A DNA stretch of 64,000 nucleotides from Takakia lepidozioides (lineage: Eukaryota; Plantae; Bryophyta). The stretch spans positions 64,170,001 through 64,234,000 of the forward strand of contig CM060733.1 of the NCBI GenBank assembly GCA_030704615.1, written 5' to 3'. The notes beneath the pieces were generated by a model, which was given only the letters and a program-made list of their open reading frames with translations, was not told the origin of the DNA and made no database searches. Within the stretch, counting starts at the first letter, position 1, and each line of letters opens with the position of its first letter. The translations under genes and the position numbers were made by a program. Shown here one piece after another: positions 12,131 through 25,760 of the stretch.

Positions 12131-14317
12131 AAATAAGGGTTACCATGAGGCTGTTGACCTGTACTTCTAAGGAAAACTCTTATCAGCTGCTTGGACATCC
12201 TTATCTCAAAAGTTGTTTTGAGAAAAGTAGTATGCACATATTTTGCAATGTAGGGATCGGACTGTCCAATTCATTCAAACTTTGTTTGGTAGAGAAAATT
12301 AGAACCTCAGGTAGGGACCTTCCGCTTCAGCAGCGGCATACAAGTGTCTGTGTCTCAAACACACATTAAAGATTGCTCTTGCGTGTTTGAGGCACAGGAT
12401 GACTAAATTAGAGGTCCCCTGTCTGCTGGTCTAAGATGTCATGCAACCATCAGCCAACACTTTACAGAATGTGGTATCTGAACTAATTCAAAGTTAGCAC
12501 AATTGCAATAGAGTGTCATTAACAAATTCAGCCCACAGAAAATCGTTGTCAAAAAATGACTCCAACCTACAAATAATAACGAACCCAAGAATAGCTGGTG
12601 CAGTGATTGCCACAGTTCCTTATTCATAAACAAAGCTACTCAGAACACTCCCCGAAAGGATCGCAACATGATTGGCAACCTTGCCCTGGCTTAGCAATTA
12701 TCAGAAGGTTATAATAAAAGTTCTAATTTTGCTTGCATTTCTCACAGGATATGGATGTAGTTGCCATGCATACAAATATAAGGCTCATCTGTATGGATGA
12801 GTGGGGGTAAAAAGTTACACCTTTCTCCATGACGGTATGCACTTGAAGAACGTAATTCCTCTCTGACCACTTCTGACCACTGCATCCTGACAAAAATTAT
12901 AACCAGTCACGTCAAAGATGGTGCCACAGTAAGAGAATGAAACCTACTAATCTAATCTCTTCCACCAAATCGAGTTTGACTCACAAGCAAAACATATCTG
13001 GTGCCACCATGTCATTCAGTTGCATAAAAGAAGCCAGACTGAGAGGCTCGTAAAACGAACCAGATCACCAAGCTCAGTAGGCAAGTTTCCATTTAAAGTT
13101 GTTAAATGAGAGCTCCCTGCCAACTCCACGGCAAAAGCACAGTAGTTCTGAAAGTTAGAACATTCCACTCCCATGGCGAAGGCTGGCCAAATGCCCTAAT
13201 CAGGCCCACCATGAGCCTAATCACTTTAACCATTAACTTACCTTAACTTACCAACCAAAACTGACTGCCGTCCCTGCACTCTTCCAGCACCTTCTTGGCT
13301 CTGAGCAAAACAGCTTCCAAAGCCCTGAAGGATGGGACAGGTTATGGAAACTAGGGTTCCAGAATCAGGGCAGGGGCAGTGTTCAGAATGACATCTGGTA
13401 ATCTGACAGGCATTCACCTTTTTGCCTCACTTGTCACCTAGCTAAGTAACCTAAGTGGTTATTCACTGTCCATTAAATTAAAAGGCCCCTTTCAGCAAAT
13501 TTTGGACAAGTGGTGACAGCAATTGATCCATCAGTTCCTGAAGTCAGGCCTCTCTTTGCAATGGATTGGAAATATGCTCATATCAGCATTTTGCTCATGT
13601 TCAGAATCTAAGGTTTTTATGACCCATGACACTTTAGCCCGTTCAATTGGTTCCACTGTCTGCTGGAGAGAGAGAGTACAAAGGGAAAAGAGCAACAAGT
13701 CGAAGACTCACAAAAGAGAGAGAGAGAGAAGGGCCGCTCGACTTACCTATTGAAGACAGGTGGCATTCTTCCATCTTCACCCCAGGGCGAATACATTTGG
13801 CCCCAAGCCAAAAACCTTTCGACCTCGCAACCTGCTCCTCTCCAACTGAAAGGAAGCCCAACCTTTCAAATCCAACATACAAGGCACCATACGCTGCTGG
13901 ATGTTAAGCCCCCAAATGCTTCAAACCCTAAGAAGACCAGAAAGAGTGGCCTTTCCTAACACAGTTCTATCTTAGTAACAATGCAGCCATACCATAGCAT
14001 GAGAAAGAAAGGATGATCTAGTAAGATAACAACCCTAACTTGATCCAAGCCATGATCTAGTAGCTTTTCAGATACTGGTGAGCAGTATACCATCAGCCAG
14101 GCTTTCTCTCGAGTCTGTGGCCATAAGAGATAAATGAAACATGCGTTTGCTGCAGAGGAAACAACGCAGCAAATTTAATTCTTCATTGTCCACAATCCCT
14201 TCCTCAGTCCTGCCAGATGAATATGTGTCAGTCAGGCACTGCTGGTGGACACCTCATGTCTGAAGCCCACAACTATGCCCAACAGCTAATGCATATAGTG
14301 CCAGTACCAAAGACTAG

Positions 14318-14661
14318 TTTAAGGAGATTTTTCTGCCGGCGTATCCAGTCCCGGACTTGTCACATCTGCAGTGACACTCATCTGCTGCTCCACTTTGCGA
14401 TTGACATCCTCAGCCAGCTCCATTTCTCGAATAGCCTCTCACTTTATGTCGTCTATACTCTTCCCTGCCATTAGCTGCCTCACAAAAACGATATCCAAAG
14501 TCATCAATTAGGCAATAAGCACCCTTGAAAAAGCTATCGCCCTAAACAAATGCAAATTGCAAAGATAACAAGGAGCATCAGAGGTTTAGTTACCTTGCGA
14601 TAAGGCCATCGAGGAATTCCATTTTCTCTGCACATGCGTGTTAAAATGCTGGTGCACACAC
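14318..14661 (-). pseudogene. RWP-RK domain protein fragment (two exons)
   Basis: Exon 14661-14594 encodes GVCTSILTRMCRENGIPRWPYRK. After a GT-AG intron, the exon from 14474 encodes LMAGKSIDDIK*EAIRE with an in-frame stop. Confidence 0.8.
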
Positions 14662-14784
14662 CTGCTCCCAAGCCCATCTGCTCCATAAGATGTTGTTTCC
14701 TTCCCACTTGCATATGATTCTTACTAACACTTGCAAGAAAACATTTAATATAAACATCCTGGAAACTCTCCCAAGAACCTTGTA

Positions 14785-15190
14785 AACATCAGGAAGAATA
14801 TCAAATCATGGTACTAACAGGAGCCGAGAGCCCACATTTGCAGGATGGACAATCTTCTTCACAACATTAAGAAAAAGCCACACCTTCCGATTGCGGTTGT
14901 CCCACCATCGTGAAGGATCTTTCAAAAACTCATGCCAGCTCTGCTCCGTGCTGCAAATGCAGGGCCGAGTCTGATGAGAGGGAAAAACAGGCTGAAATAG
15001 GTCGAAGAAGAAGGCGCCCTCACCACATTGTCCTCGACCTTGTGTCTTGACCCATGGAGGATTCGACTGACCATGAACCCAAGAGGACCTCTGTGTGCTG
15101 TTTGTCTCTATAGTCAGGTAATGTCAGATAGGTCTGTGAGACTGGCCACGGTGCATTCGAGCAGGTAGAGATTGAAACACGGCCTGCTAT
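14785..15190 (-). pseudogene. OSB-type PDF-motif first-half exon plus intron
   Basis: QSWHEFLKDPSRWWDNRNRK followed by a GT donor. Homologous to 20950-21345 (+) and ~58400-58530 (-). Confidence 0.7.
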
Positions 15191-15390
15191 CATGATGCTT
15201 TGGCACTAAGAAGACGCAGACCCCAAAAAACACAAAGTCCCAGCCCTGCACTCTGCGACCTAGCAACCCTAAATTCGAGCCAACCTTTTGAAATTTTTGA
15301 ACTTTTGCACCCTAACAGTATAAACATAATAATATTATATATTCCATGTTATTATGTGAAGGTATTTTTAGCTTTATATATTCGTATTTA

Positions 15391-15653
15391 CCGTAGCCTC
15401 CTATGCGGTTCGGCACCTTGGTGCCGGAATAATTATTTTTTGAAAGAATTGAGGTCCGGCACTTCCAAACTTAATTTCCACAATTTCAACAAAGTCATAA
15501 TATGTTCATAAAACTCAGTTTCTAAAGCACATTTTATGTGAAAACAATGAAAAATAAATTTTGAAAATTTCAACACTTGAGCTTGATAATTTTCAAATAT
15601 TTCACTTCTCATTTTTGCAATTAATAAGTGCCGGACCGCATAGGAGGCTACGG
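15391..15653. mobile_element. Tc1/mariner-type (pogo-like) MITE
   Basis: 26-bp TIR CCGTAGCCTCCTATGCGGTTCGGCAC with 1 mismatch at the right end. TA target duplication on both sides. AT-rich 263-bp body. Confidence 0.9.
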
Positions 15654-15799
15654 TATATATATTTACAGTCATTAAATGAGTAGTTAAAATGACTGTATAT
15701 TCTATTTAATTACCAATATATTTTTTTAAAATTACATGAATTTAAAATATAATTGTGGAGTTGCTAGTGAAGTTGTTGAAACCACTTACAATTTATAAT

Positions 15800-16276
15800 A
15801 AATCACCAGTAAGTCGACGTCACCCTCGAAGTCGTATCATTTGCAGCGGTTAGATGCACTTGCATCCAATACACCACAATATTTCAACCACGCGAGCAAT
15901 GATATGTAGACACGTCGTCATTTGCAATCACATCCTCGTTCTATTTCATCCATTTATCTTTGCATTTTCCACATTGACATTCCTTGGGCAACCAACAATC
16001 GCCACGTGTAGTTGTGAATACTAGTGCAGTCATACTCTCCCATGCCCACGTCATCTTGTTGCAGTTTTGGCCATGACTCGTAGTCGTATCTACCATCTTC
16101 CCCTATCTGGTCAAATGTGTTTGACCGTAGATCCTGACGTGGCGGAGGTACAAGGTGGCATATGCGACTTCTGGTGGTCACAATTGGCGACCAGGACTGC
16201 CCCCTTGCATTTTGCAGACATATATGCTACGACTGGGCAAATGTGGCAGACGTTAAAGCCGGGATTTGTTGTAATG
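15800..16276. mobile_element. Decayed CACTA right terminus
   Basis: Ends ATTTGTTGTAATG (compare ATATGTTGTAGTG at 59475). GTCGT/ACGAC/GTCAT subterminal motifs as at 59140-59475. Confidence 0.5.
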
Positions 16277-17519
16277 TATTATCATACCAGTCTAAATATA
16301 TATTACTGCATGTATGATTTTCTAAGAATAGTGGTAGGAGTTTCAGTATGATGACATACAACCTTGCTTCAAGGTTAGAATGTGTAAGTGGGAGACAAAG
16401 TAGGCTGTTTAAATCAGACCTCCTCAGTGTAGTTGATTTCAATGGACTGCATGTACCCCACTTGTATGCCTTGCCTTAATGTCTTCAGTGGCCGTCCTAC
16501 TTGATGGACAATGTCTTCATAAATGTGGAGACATCGAAGCTAGGTGGGCACTGACTTCTGGTTGCCTTTGTGCAGGAAGGTCGTATGAAAGTTCAAAGCA
16601 ATCCACAACCTGTCTTCACTTAACAGGTTTCCATTCGCAAATTGAATTGAGGGATAAATGATGCAATATATGGATCAGACTTTGGTTGTGCGAATCATAC
16701 GGGTTTTGTGGAGGTCATGTACTATTACCCAGAAAAATATGTCTTTACCTGAATTTGTCAAACTATTCCATGCAGCTGATGTCAAACTGGTTACAGACAA
16801 TTGTTGTTCTGACATAGAGAAAAAGAATGTTATTGTAGACAAAAAGAAACACTGACATGGATGGGTATAAAAATATTAATGACAGGGGGCCAGGACTGGA
16901 GATAGATAGGCCTCCATTTTCTGGAAGGGAGCCTGAAGTGCTTTCGCCAGCCCCTCCGCTGGAAAGTATAAATATCCCAGGACGAGGCGGTGTTTCCAGT
17001 GAGCGTGAGCGTGAGCAGAATCTGAAAAATGCTCAATTTTTGAGAATATTCCACCTAATTCTGCCCCCGAACCTAACTTGTGAGTAAAACCCAAAGCTCG
17101 TAGTTCCGCGCGGAACTACGAATTCATGCAGGAAATGTTGAATCCACGAAAATGAAACATACGACAATTCCGCGCGGAACTGTCGATTTGCCACAGAAAT
17201 ATTCAACATGCACCCAAACACTCAATGCCAGAAAAGGTATTCTTGGTATATTCGAATATTCTTGGTATATTCATACATTCTTGGAATATTCATAAGATAT
17301 TCCTAGTATATTCGAATATTCTGTATGATACTCTTTGTTGGTATTATTGGGATACTCCAACAAATATTTTTGGAATATTTTTGGAATATTCCCAGACCCG
17401 AACCTGACCCGAACCAGCCGCTCACTCTCACGACATATCCGCGCGCCCCCCCCGCCCCCCCTCCCCCAGGATAACACAAGCCCCTAAGTAATAGAGTCTG
17501 CATGCATCACCAGCCAACA

Positions 17520-18900
17520 AGACATTGTCAAATCAGCCCTAACCTCATATTTCGATGCCTGCAGAGCTCAAATCACATAGCTCAAACCTCATACCCCTGC
17601 AACAAGCACACTACTGTAAGTGCGTGCCCCCGCTCTCAAACTAATAAGTACATAAAACATCAGACCACTCAATACTAGCATTTTTATTCAAAACCTCCAC
17701 ACTCATGCCACAGAACTCACTAACAACTATCACACATAAGCAAACCTCTAACAGAGTTTAGACAATTACGTGTCCCAACAACTCATCACACTTCTGGCTA
17801 CTGCCCCACTAGTAACCAATCAATATCCCCCCGCCAACCCCCTTTAACTATATTGACAAACAAGTCCCTCAAGCGATCTGATCAGACTGCAACTACTGCA
17901 CCTGGGCTAACATCCATCGTCCCCCAAAACCACCAAATCTATGATCCAGCCACAGTGTCACTAAATAGTCCACCACCTCCCCTCTCTAGCCCACTTTGCT
18001 CCAGCACAAAAATAGACATACAATACTTCCCCCCCACTATAATATCAGTTTATGCCAACACTAACATTACTAATTGCTCCTCACATACCTTACCAACAGA
18101 GACATAAGTGAGACAAATGCCAGGTGGCGCCATCCATGAGCTCAGCGGCCCACACACTACGTGTCCCATAACATCATCTCTCAAAGCTCAGCACAGTACA
18201 CCTACGCAGACACCTCCTGTTCTTTGGCCAAAGCTTAAATCACACAGAAAGTGTCGAGGCTGCCAACACAACCCATATAACATCCTCAAATTCGGAACTA
18301 CCCCCTACCAAATACGCCCGCTCTTCACATACAATTATCAAAAGCCAAAGCCAACAGTTATAAGTGCAAAAATACGCCCACACAACACTTACAACAACCA
18401 TGACATACTTCAAACTCTTACACCCCTGCTGCAACTTAGCCCACCACAAAAGGAAAAACATACATTTCTGGATTTATTGAGCTGCAATCATGCATTCCAT
18501 CCTACATTCCATCCAAACCATCCACATTCAATTGTTGCTCTGGTTGCAACAAGCAACAAACTATTTGACACCAACCCCAAAAGCAGAAAAAATACACCAA
18601 CATGGATTGTAAGCAGAACTGATCCAATGCTGGCTCGCCTACAACTCATCACCACACTTGACAATTCAACCACTCTAACTCAAACTCAAAACTTGTATAC
18701 ACATTGCACTACATATCACAAAACAACTGCTCTGAAGCCCACCTGGACACCCGCCCATCTTCTGCCCCCATTTTAAACCAGAAGTGCCAAATACTAAAAT
18801 CAGGTGCTCATGCATAGGCAAACCCAACCACTGGGCTACAGGTCTGCTCAAGTGCAAATAGAAAACTATCTGGAATTTCACAAAGCATGACAAACATTTA
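17520..18900 (+). pseudogene. Highly decayed LINE-like relic
   Basis: CpG-depleted and C/A-rich. Faint motifs (KLFDT) resemble the LINE at 50500-51660. Confidence 0.25.
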
Positions 18901-20168
18901 AATGATCAAAGAGGTTATCCCAAGAGGTTGTAACAATTTAACCTGCTCCTAAGCATATTAATAACCCAGAGCTCTTCTTCCCAATGAGTCAGGTCCATCA
19001 GTGCCAGGGCTAGGGTTTTCAACAAGTAGACATCCATGTCTGCACAAATGTCCAAAATCTGAATGTTCAGTCATATCGGAATTTTATCGGAATAAAAGCC
19101 ATATTGTGGTTGGAGAACGGATTAGTTCTTTTGGTCACTTTGTTTTGGTCATATCCATGGTGCACAATGGTTCACAGTCGCGTGAAAACAAGGCATCTCG
19201 TGCTCATGCGCACACAAATATGCCCTCTATTCAGTAGTTGTTCCCACCTTCTTGAGAAAACATTCATAGTACTTTAATAAGAGGGCATGTCTGATAGAAA
19301 ATTGAATGTAAGTGGACTACACTAGCCACTAATAATGCCAAAGTTCAGAATAAGTAGTTGAAATGCAGGAAGGAAGCTTAGATACACTTTGAGCCTTGTA
19401 CTGTGCCATGAGAAGCTTGAGGCAAATCTTAACATAAAGGAGACACTAAAAAAAGGCATAGAGCAAAGAGAAATGTAAATACTACAACCTTCCATTTTCT
19501 ACAAACAACTTCATCAAGCACAGGGGCAGTCGGGTTGAAATCGGGGCTGCGCAGCCACCTCACAGCGCACAAACCCCTAGGTCTCCTCAGCTCATATCCC
19601 AATCTGCATGCTCAAGAAACTTCAAAGTAGGTGAGGATCCTCACCTGGTCCCATCACAAGCCCCCACAAAAACCAACAGGTTAGTGAGGATTGTGGAACC
19701 CCAGGTGAATCACAGACCCTCACACTTGTCATCGATGTCAACTAAGAAACACAAAAGCAAGAGAAAGAGATAAGAACATGAGAATCCCTAAACTCCAAAG
19801 GCACCTTAAGCGATTGGGGAAGAGGGTTATGCGCCATCACCACCCGCAGCAAGCCGCCTCCACAAAGCACATAAGCAATGAAGCAAAGCAGGCACAATCG
19901 CAAGGCACTAGAAAGGAGGGAGAGAACTTCTCATCATAAGTGTCCTTACTAAGCACAGAAAAAGCCAGAGGAGGGAAGATGCCACTGCTTTCATAGCGGT
20001 GTTTCCCACTGCAAGAGAGACAAGACGCCGCCTTCACGCCCCCCCAGGCGCTCGTCCAGCATGGGTACGACACCACAAACGGGGCAGCCACCAAAGCACG
20101 TCCACCATAACACTCTCCTCGCGAGCTCAGAAGCACATCGCGTGCTTCTGACAGCGAGAGAGACGACA

Positions 20169-20705
20169 TAGGGTTGTCCCCCGATTATTCATCCGTGGAT
20201 GGAAAATAGTAGGACGAATCCGTATACCCTGACGGATTTCATCCGCAACAAGGTTAAAAATAGGTTTTGGGGTAGGGGTTAGGGTTTCCACCGTAATTAA
20301 TCATAATTAGGGGTAGTAAAGATCAATTCCAGGCCATAATCACATCATCCATAGACAGATCACTTGTGTCAGGATGAAAAAGTAGGGAATATCATCCGTG
20401 GCAGCGCCTTACATCCATCTAGGTAATTCTATCATTCCTTACCAGACCATCCGGTATGGATAAAAAGAGTCAATAAAAGAGGAATGAAAAATTATCACCC
20501 TGGTAGTTTTTCATCCGGTACGGATGGAAAAATAGGATGCTGTTGCAAACCTCCATAGAGGTAATTCTTTTCTTCCATGGTGACTCATCCGGTATGGATG
20601 AGAGTCAATAAAGGAGGAATGAAAAGGCCAAAAATACCATCCTAGAGGTAATTCAGTGTCCATCCTGGTGGCTCATCCGGTATGGATGAAAAGCCTGATA
20701 GAGGA
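20169..20705. repeat. Transposon end with TCATCCGGTATGGATG repeats
   Basis: Starts TAGGGTTG. Repeated CATCCGGTAYGGATG quasi-palindromes at ~20447, 20511, 20585 and 20673. Confidence 0.5.
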
Positions 20706-20749
20706 TGAGAAAACAAAAAGTCAACACTGATAGCAAACTGCCAATTCCC

Positions 20750-23650
20750 AGTAGAGAGGGATACAGAGGGAGAGAGGGGGAGAGGGTTGGGACTTACAGT
20801 GAGCGAGTGGGAGGGAGGGCAAACATGCATGGGAGGCCCGCGTTGGAGCAACCTTCGCATCTGAAGCAAGCAACCCTAGAAACGCTAGGGTATGTGTGTG
20901 AGGAGGTTTCGGCTGGGAGCTCGCCATTCTTGGGAGAGTCAGCTTCGTCTTAGCAGGCAGTGTTTCAATCTCTACCCGCTCGGCCCTGAATTTGCAGCAC
21001 GGAGCAGAGCTGGCATGAGTTTCTTAAAGATCCTTCACGATGGTGGGACAACTGCAATCGCAAGGTGTGGCTTCTTCTTAATGTACGATGTGAAGAAGTT
21101 TGTCCATCCAGCAAATATGGGTTTGTTGGCTCCTGTTAGTACCATGATTTGGTATTCTTCCTGATGTTTACAAGGTTCTTGGGTGAGTCAGCTTGGTCTT
21201 AGCAGGCCGTGTTTCAATCTCTGCCCGCTCAGCTGCACCGTGGTGGTTCTCACTGACCAATCCGACAGTACCTGACTACAGACACAAGCAGCACACACAA
21301 GAGGTCCTCTTGGGTTCATGGTCAGTCAAATCCTCCATGGGTCATGTAAGTTAGCTCATTGGGTGGATCTATGGTGGTTTGGAGTGACTTTGATGTTACT
21401 CAGGCATTGTATCAGAGAACGGATATCATCTTCAGGCCGTTGGCATGTCGGACATTTACTATCTCCTTTACATCTCTACATCTGGTTTTGTGCAAAGATA
21501 GACTCCCCAACTTGAGTTTAAATTTCAGGTCTAGTGTCAAGGGTAGAGGTAGGCCCTTCAGATCATCCTCAAGGTCCTCTATGTGCCCCTATAATCAGGT
21601 ACGGGGAAGTGTACTTCAACCTGACCACATCACGTTGGTTTGTGGGGGCAAAGCATGTGCGAGCATGGCAGCGGGCTGGAAAAGGGCAAAGACTTCCATG
21701 GTGACATCTTCAAAGGGCGAATTGTACCAGGTATGATTCTGAGCACTGCCCTGGTGGACATGTATGCCAAATGCGAGCATGCTACCTCTGAAAAAGGGCA
21801 CAAAGTTCCCAGGTGACATCGTCAAGGCTGGAATTGTACTAGATGTCATTCTGAGCACTGCCATGCAGCACATGTATGCCAAATGTGAGCCTGGCAGCCC
21901 TAGAACTGGGCAAAGAGGTCCATGGTGACATCGTCAAAGCTGGAATTGTACCAGATCTGATTCTGAGCATTGCCCTTGTGGACATGTATGCCAAATGTGA
22001 GCCTAACAGCCCTGGAAAAGAGAGCAGAGGCCATGGTGACATCGTCAAATTAGCTGGAACGTACCATATGTGATTCTGAACACAAGTTTAGGCGAGCCTG
22101 GCAGCCCTGGAAAAGGGAGTAGAGGTCCATGGTGACATTGTCAAAGCTGGAACTATACACCAAATCTGATTGTGAACACTGCCTTGGTGACATGTATGCC
22201 AAATGTGAGTTTGATAGCTGTGGAATGGACGGACAGGTCCACAGTGATATTGTCAAAGCTGAAATGTACCAGATGTCACTCTGAACTCTGCTCTGGTGGA
22301 CATCTATGCCAAATGTGAGCCTGGTAGCCCTGGAAAATGGAACAGATCCGGTGTCAATGTCAAAGCTGGAATTGTACCACATGTTATTTGAACTATGCCC
22401 AGGTGGACATGTATGCCCAATGCGAGCCTGGTAGCTCTGGGAAAGGGCACAAAGGTCCATCATAGGTCCTGCATGGGTAGATGATCAACTGGAAGCTGCA
22501 GAAGCAGCGGCACAATTGATAAAATCAGACACTGCTAATCAAGGTACCTTGTTCAACACATTTCACCCTATTTTTCGGCCCTAAATTTTCATGTTGAATT
22601 CTGCAAGTTAGCTGGTTGAGTGGATCTTGGCCTGGCAGGTCCATGGTGACATGGTGGCCGTGTTTCTGAACCTCTGCACAATCAGGTGCGCAATCCTGCT
22701 GTTTCTCTGGCCGTGAATGACTAGAGAGACATAAAAAGAGAGAGCACGAGATGTCATCCTGAACATTGCTCTGGTGGCCATGTATGCTAAATGTGGGAGC
22801 ATTGAGGATGCCAAGGGAGTATGGCTGAACGAGATGTGGTGTCGTGGAATGCAATGCTTGCAGGGTGTGCAGAGCAGGAGCGCGAGATGGGGCTTTGGAG
22901 ACCTGAAAGCAAATGATGGGGAAAGGGGTGAAGGTACCTTCTTCAACATATTTTCCCTGCTAGTGTTTGCTTTGACAATTCTAGGTTGTCATTGTCACCT
23001 GCTAGCAGCAAGGTGAGGATGTATGCATGATTTGTGTAGAGGCATGGATAGCTGAAGGAGCAGGGATTTCGTGTGGGTCTAGATTCATCCAAGAGGGCCA
23101 GATTTCAAGCACAAGATTACTTGTGATTCCCTGTGGATCAATAGCTACAAGAAACCTGCATGGGTAGATGGTCAACTGGCAGCAGCGGCACAAGTGATAA
23201 AATCAGGCACTGCTAATGAAGGCATCTTCTTCAACACATTTCACCCTGTTTTTCCCTCTTATCAGAATCGGCCCTAAATTGCCATGTTCAATTCTGCAAG
23301 TTAGCTGGTTGAGTGAATCTAGTTTGGAGTGACTTTGACATGATACTGCCAATGTGACAACAGGAAAGTATCAAAAAACAGGTAACAGAGATGAGGAGAA
23401 GCTGTGGAATGAATACTTATATGAGCCCAGTCACTGATGGGTCAACCGGGGCAGAAAGGTGAATGCCTGCTACATTTCAGAGAGGAGCAGACGCAATTCA
23501 GCATAGCGCCTAGTGTGCTACGCTGAGTTGGGTGTTTCCTATTCCAAATGTAGGCTGTCATTGTCATTTGTTAGCAGCAAGGCAAGGATGAATGCTTGAT
23601 TTGTGCAGAGGCATGGATAGCTGAAGGAGTAGAGATAGAGTGTGGGTGAC
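20750..23650 (+). pseudogene. Mosaic of PDF-motif and PLS-class PPR gene fragments
   Basis: FLKDPSRWWDN exon (~21000-21065); IHPRGPDFKHKITCDSLW...PAWV exon (~23083-23190); repeated LAALEKGKEVHGDIVKAGIVPD..LSTALVDMYAKC. Reverse-complement homolog of the Pack-CACTA cargo. Confidence 0.85.
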
Positions 23651-24439
23651 GCAGGGTGCTGGGCAGTGGGCAAGACGTCTTTGTATAAACGTGAGTGACC
23701 TTCCTATCCTCCTGGCTCTCATTTTTAGTGCATGTTTCTTTGTGAAGTATCTGACTTGCCAACACACACCAACTTGTTTGCTTTGGTTTGTTTAGGAGTC
23801 CATGGGATAGAAGTTACCATAAACAACACTGGCATTGGTTTTTCATATATGGTATTAGATAATTCTCTTAATTGTTTCCGCCTTGGCAGGTTGCTCAGTG
23901 ACCTTCCCTGGATGCTTTGGAGTATAGCGAGTGAGTGTCTCACAATGCAATGTTGCTTGGTGCATCTTATGCAAGAACTTGGAAAACAAACAGATGTCCT
24001 TGCTGTAGTGATTTTTAAAGCCATGCAAACCCTAGTTTTTGATGGGTTGCAGATTGATGGAATATACGAGTAGTTAGAAGATTTGGGTGAACACTTTTCA
24101 AAGTGTTACAGTTAGACATTATAATTCACATGAGAACATGTGACTATTTTATGTATTTTTAGATCGCGACAAAAATGATAATGATAAATAGATTGATAAA
24201 TAGAGATGGTGTACAATCTCTTGGTTTTGCTCAGCTTGTTGCAGTGCCTTGTCCTGTTTGTATTATATATTATATTTCATTGTTGTAATAGACATGTATA
24301 TGACTTCTATCATAGTCATAATAATGACTACATCTATTTTCACTCTCCAATAGTACTACACCATGCAGTGGAAATACAAATATGTAAAAAAAATAGCAAT
24401 ATACCCAAAAAATCACCCATCTTGACACATGTCAATCTG

Positions 24440-24798
24440 CTGAGGACCACGTGTAAAAACTGCAACACGCCACATGTTGCAATCGGATTAGCACGCCCGT
24501 AGTCATAGTTCATTCTCATGGAGAGCGAACACTCTGCCACGTATCATTTTCTGTATCAAGCACGTGTCACTCTTGCACAGCCGTTGACATGGACTACACT
24601 GTCCGTTCAGTCATTCGTAAAGCCAGCGTATATGACTACCCCACAGCTGCTCAGGCGCCACGTCACAGCCAGCCTGGAGAGTCATATCTGCCATGTCACA
24701 ACTGACTAGGCTTTTACGTCTTCAGAGTCAGGAAGTCGTAAATGGCTTCCATAACTGCATTTGCAGTCATAACACAGAGACGTAAAAGCCGCAATTTG
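24440..24798. mobile_element. CACTA terminus lacking its last bases
   Basis: Reverse complement of ~45794-46130. Ends GCCGCAATTTGT and is fused to PPR sequence instead of ending TGTAGTG. Confidence 0.8.
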
Positions 24799-25760
24799 TG
24801 GACATGTATGCCAAATGTGGGTGCATTAAGGATGCGAAGGGAGTTTTCGACATTATGGCTGAACAAGATGTGGTGTCATGGAATAGGATGCTTGCAGGGT
24901 GTGCACATCAAGGATGTGGTATGAAGGCTTTGGAGACCTATGATCAAATGATGGGGGAAGGGGTGAAGCCCGACCACGTCACGTTTGTGTGCATTTGTGA
25001 TGCGTGTGCAAGCCTGGCAGCATTGCTCTGGTGGACATGTATGCCAAATGTGGGAGCATTGAGGATGTCGGTGTCGTGGAACGCAATGCTTGCAGGGTGT
25101 GCACAGCAAGGGCGCGAGATGGGGCTTTGGAGACCTTATGATGGGGGAAGGGGTGAAGCTCGACCATATCATGTTGTGTGCGTTTGCAGTGCGTGTACAA
25201 GCCTGGCAGCCCTGGAAAAGGGCAAAGAGGTGCATGGTTGCATCACCAAAGATAAAATTGTACTAGATGTGATTCTGAACAATACTACCCTCGTGGACAT
25301 GTATGTCAAATGTGGGAGCGTTGAAGATGCGGAGGGAGTGTTCAACACTATGGCTGAACAAGATGGGGTGTTGTGGAACGGGATGCTTGCAAGATGCGCA
25401 CAACAGGGGCGTAGGATGGAAGCTTTGGAGGCCTATGAGCAAATGATGGGGGAAGGGATGAAGCCTGACCACATAACGTTTGTGTGCGTGTGCAAGCCTG
25501 GCAGCCCTGGGAAAGGGCAAAAAGGTCCATGGTTGCATCGTCAAAGTTGGAAATGTACCAGATGTAATTCTGAACAATACCCTTGTGGACATGTATACCA
25601 AATGTGGAGGGAGTGTTCAACAATATGGCTGATCAAGATTTGATGTCGTGGAACGCGATGCTTGTAGGATATGCACAGCTGGGCGCGGGATGGAGGCCTT
25701 GAAGACCTATGAGCAAATGATGGGGGAAGGGGTGAAGCGCAATAACATCACGTTTTTCAG
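24798..25760 (+). pseudogene. PLS-class pentatricopeptide repeat pseudogene
   Basis: DMYAKCGCIKDAKGVFD...DVVSWN.MLAG...GVKPDHVTFV. Several frameshifts; no E/DYW domain. Confidence 0.9.

Noticed and set aside
18990-20168. Host gene exons on the minus strand
   Set aside because: Splice-like signals are present, but there is no recognisable domain or consistent frame.
24798-25643. Functional PPR editing factor
   Set aside because: The ORF drifts in and out of the PPR frame and lacks a transit peptide and E/DYW domains.
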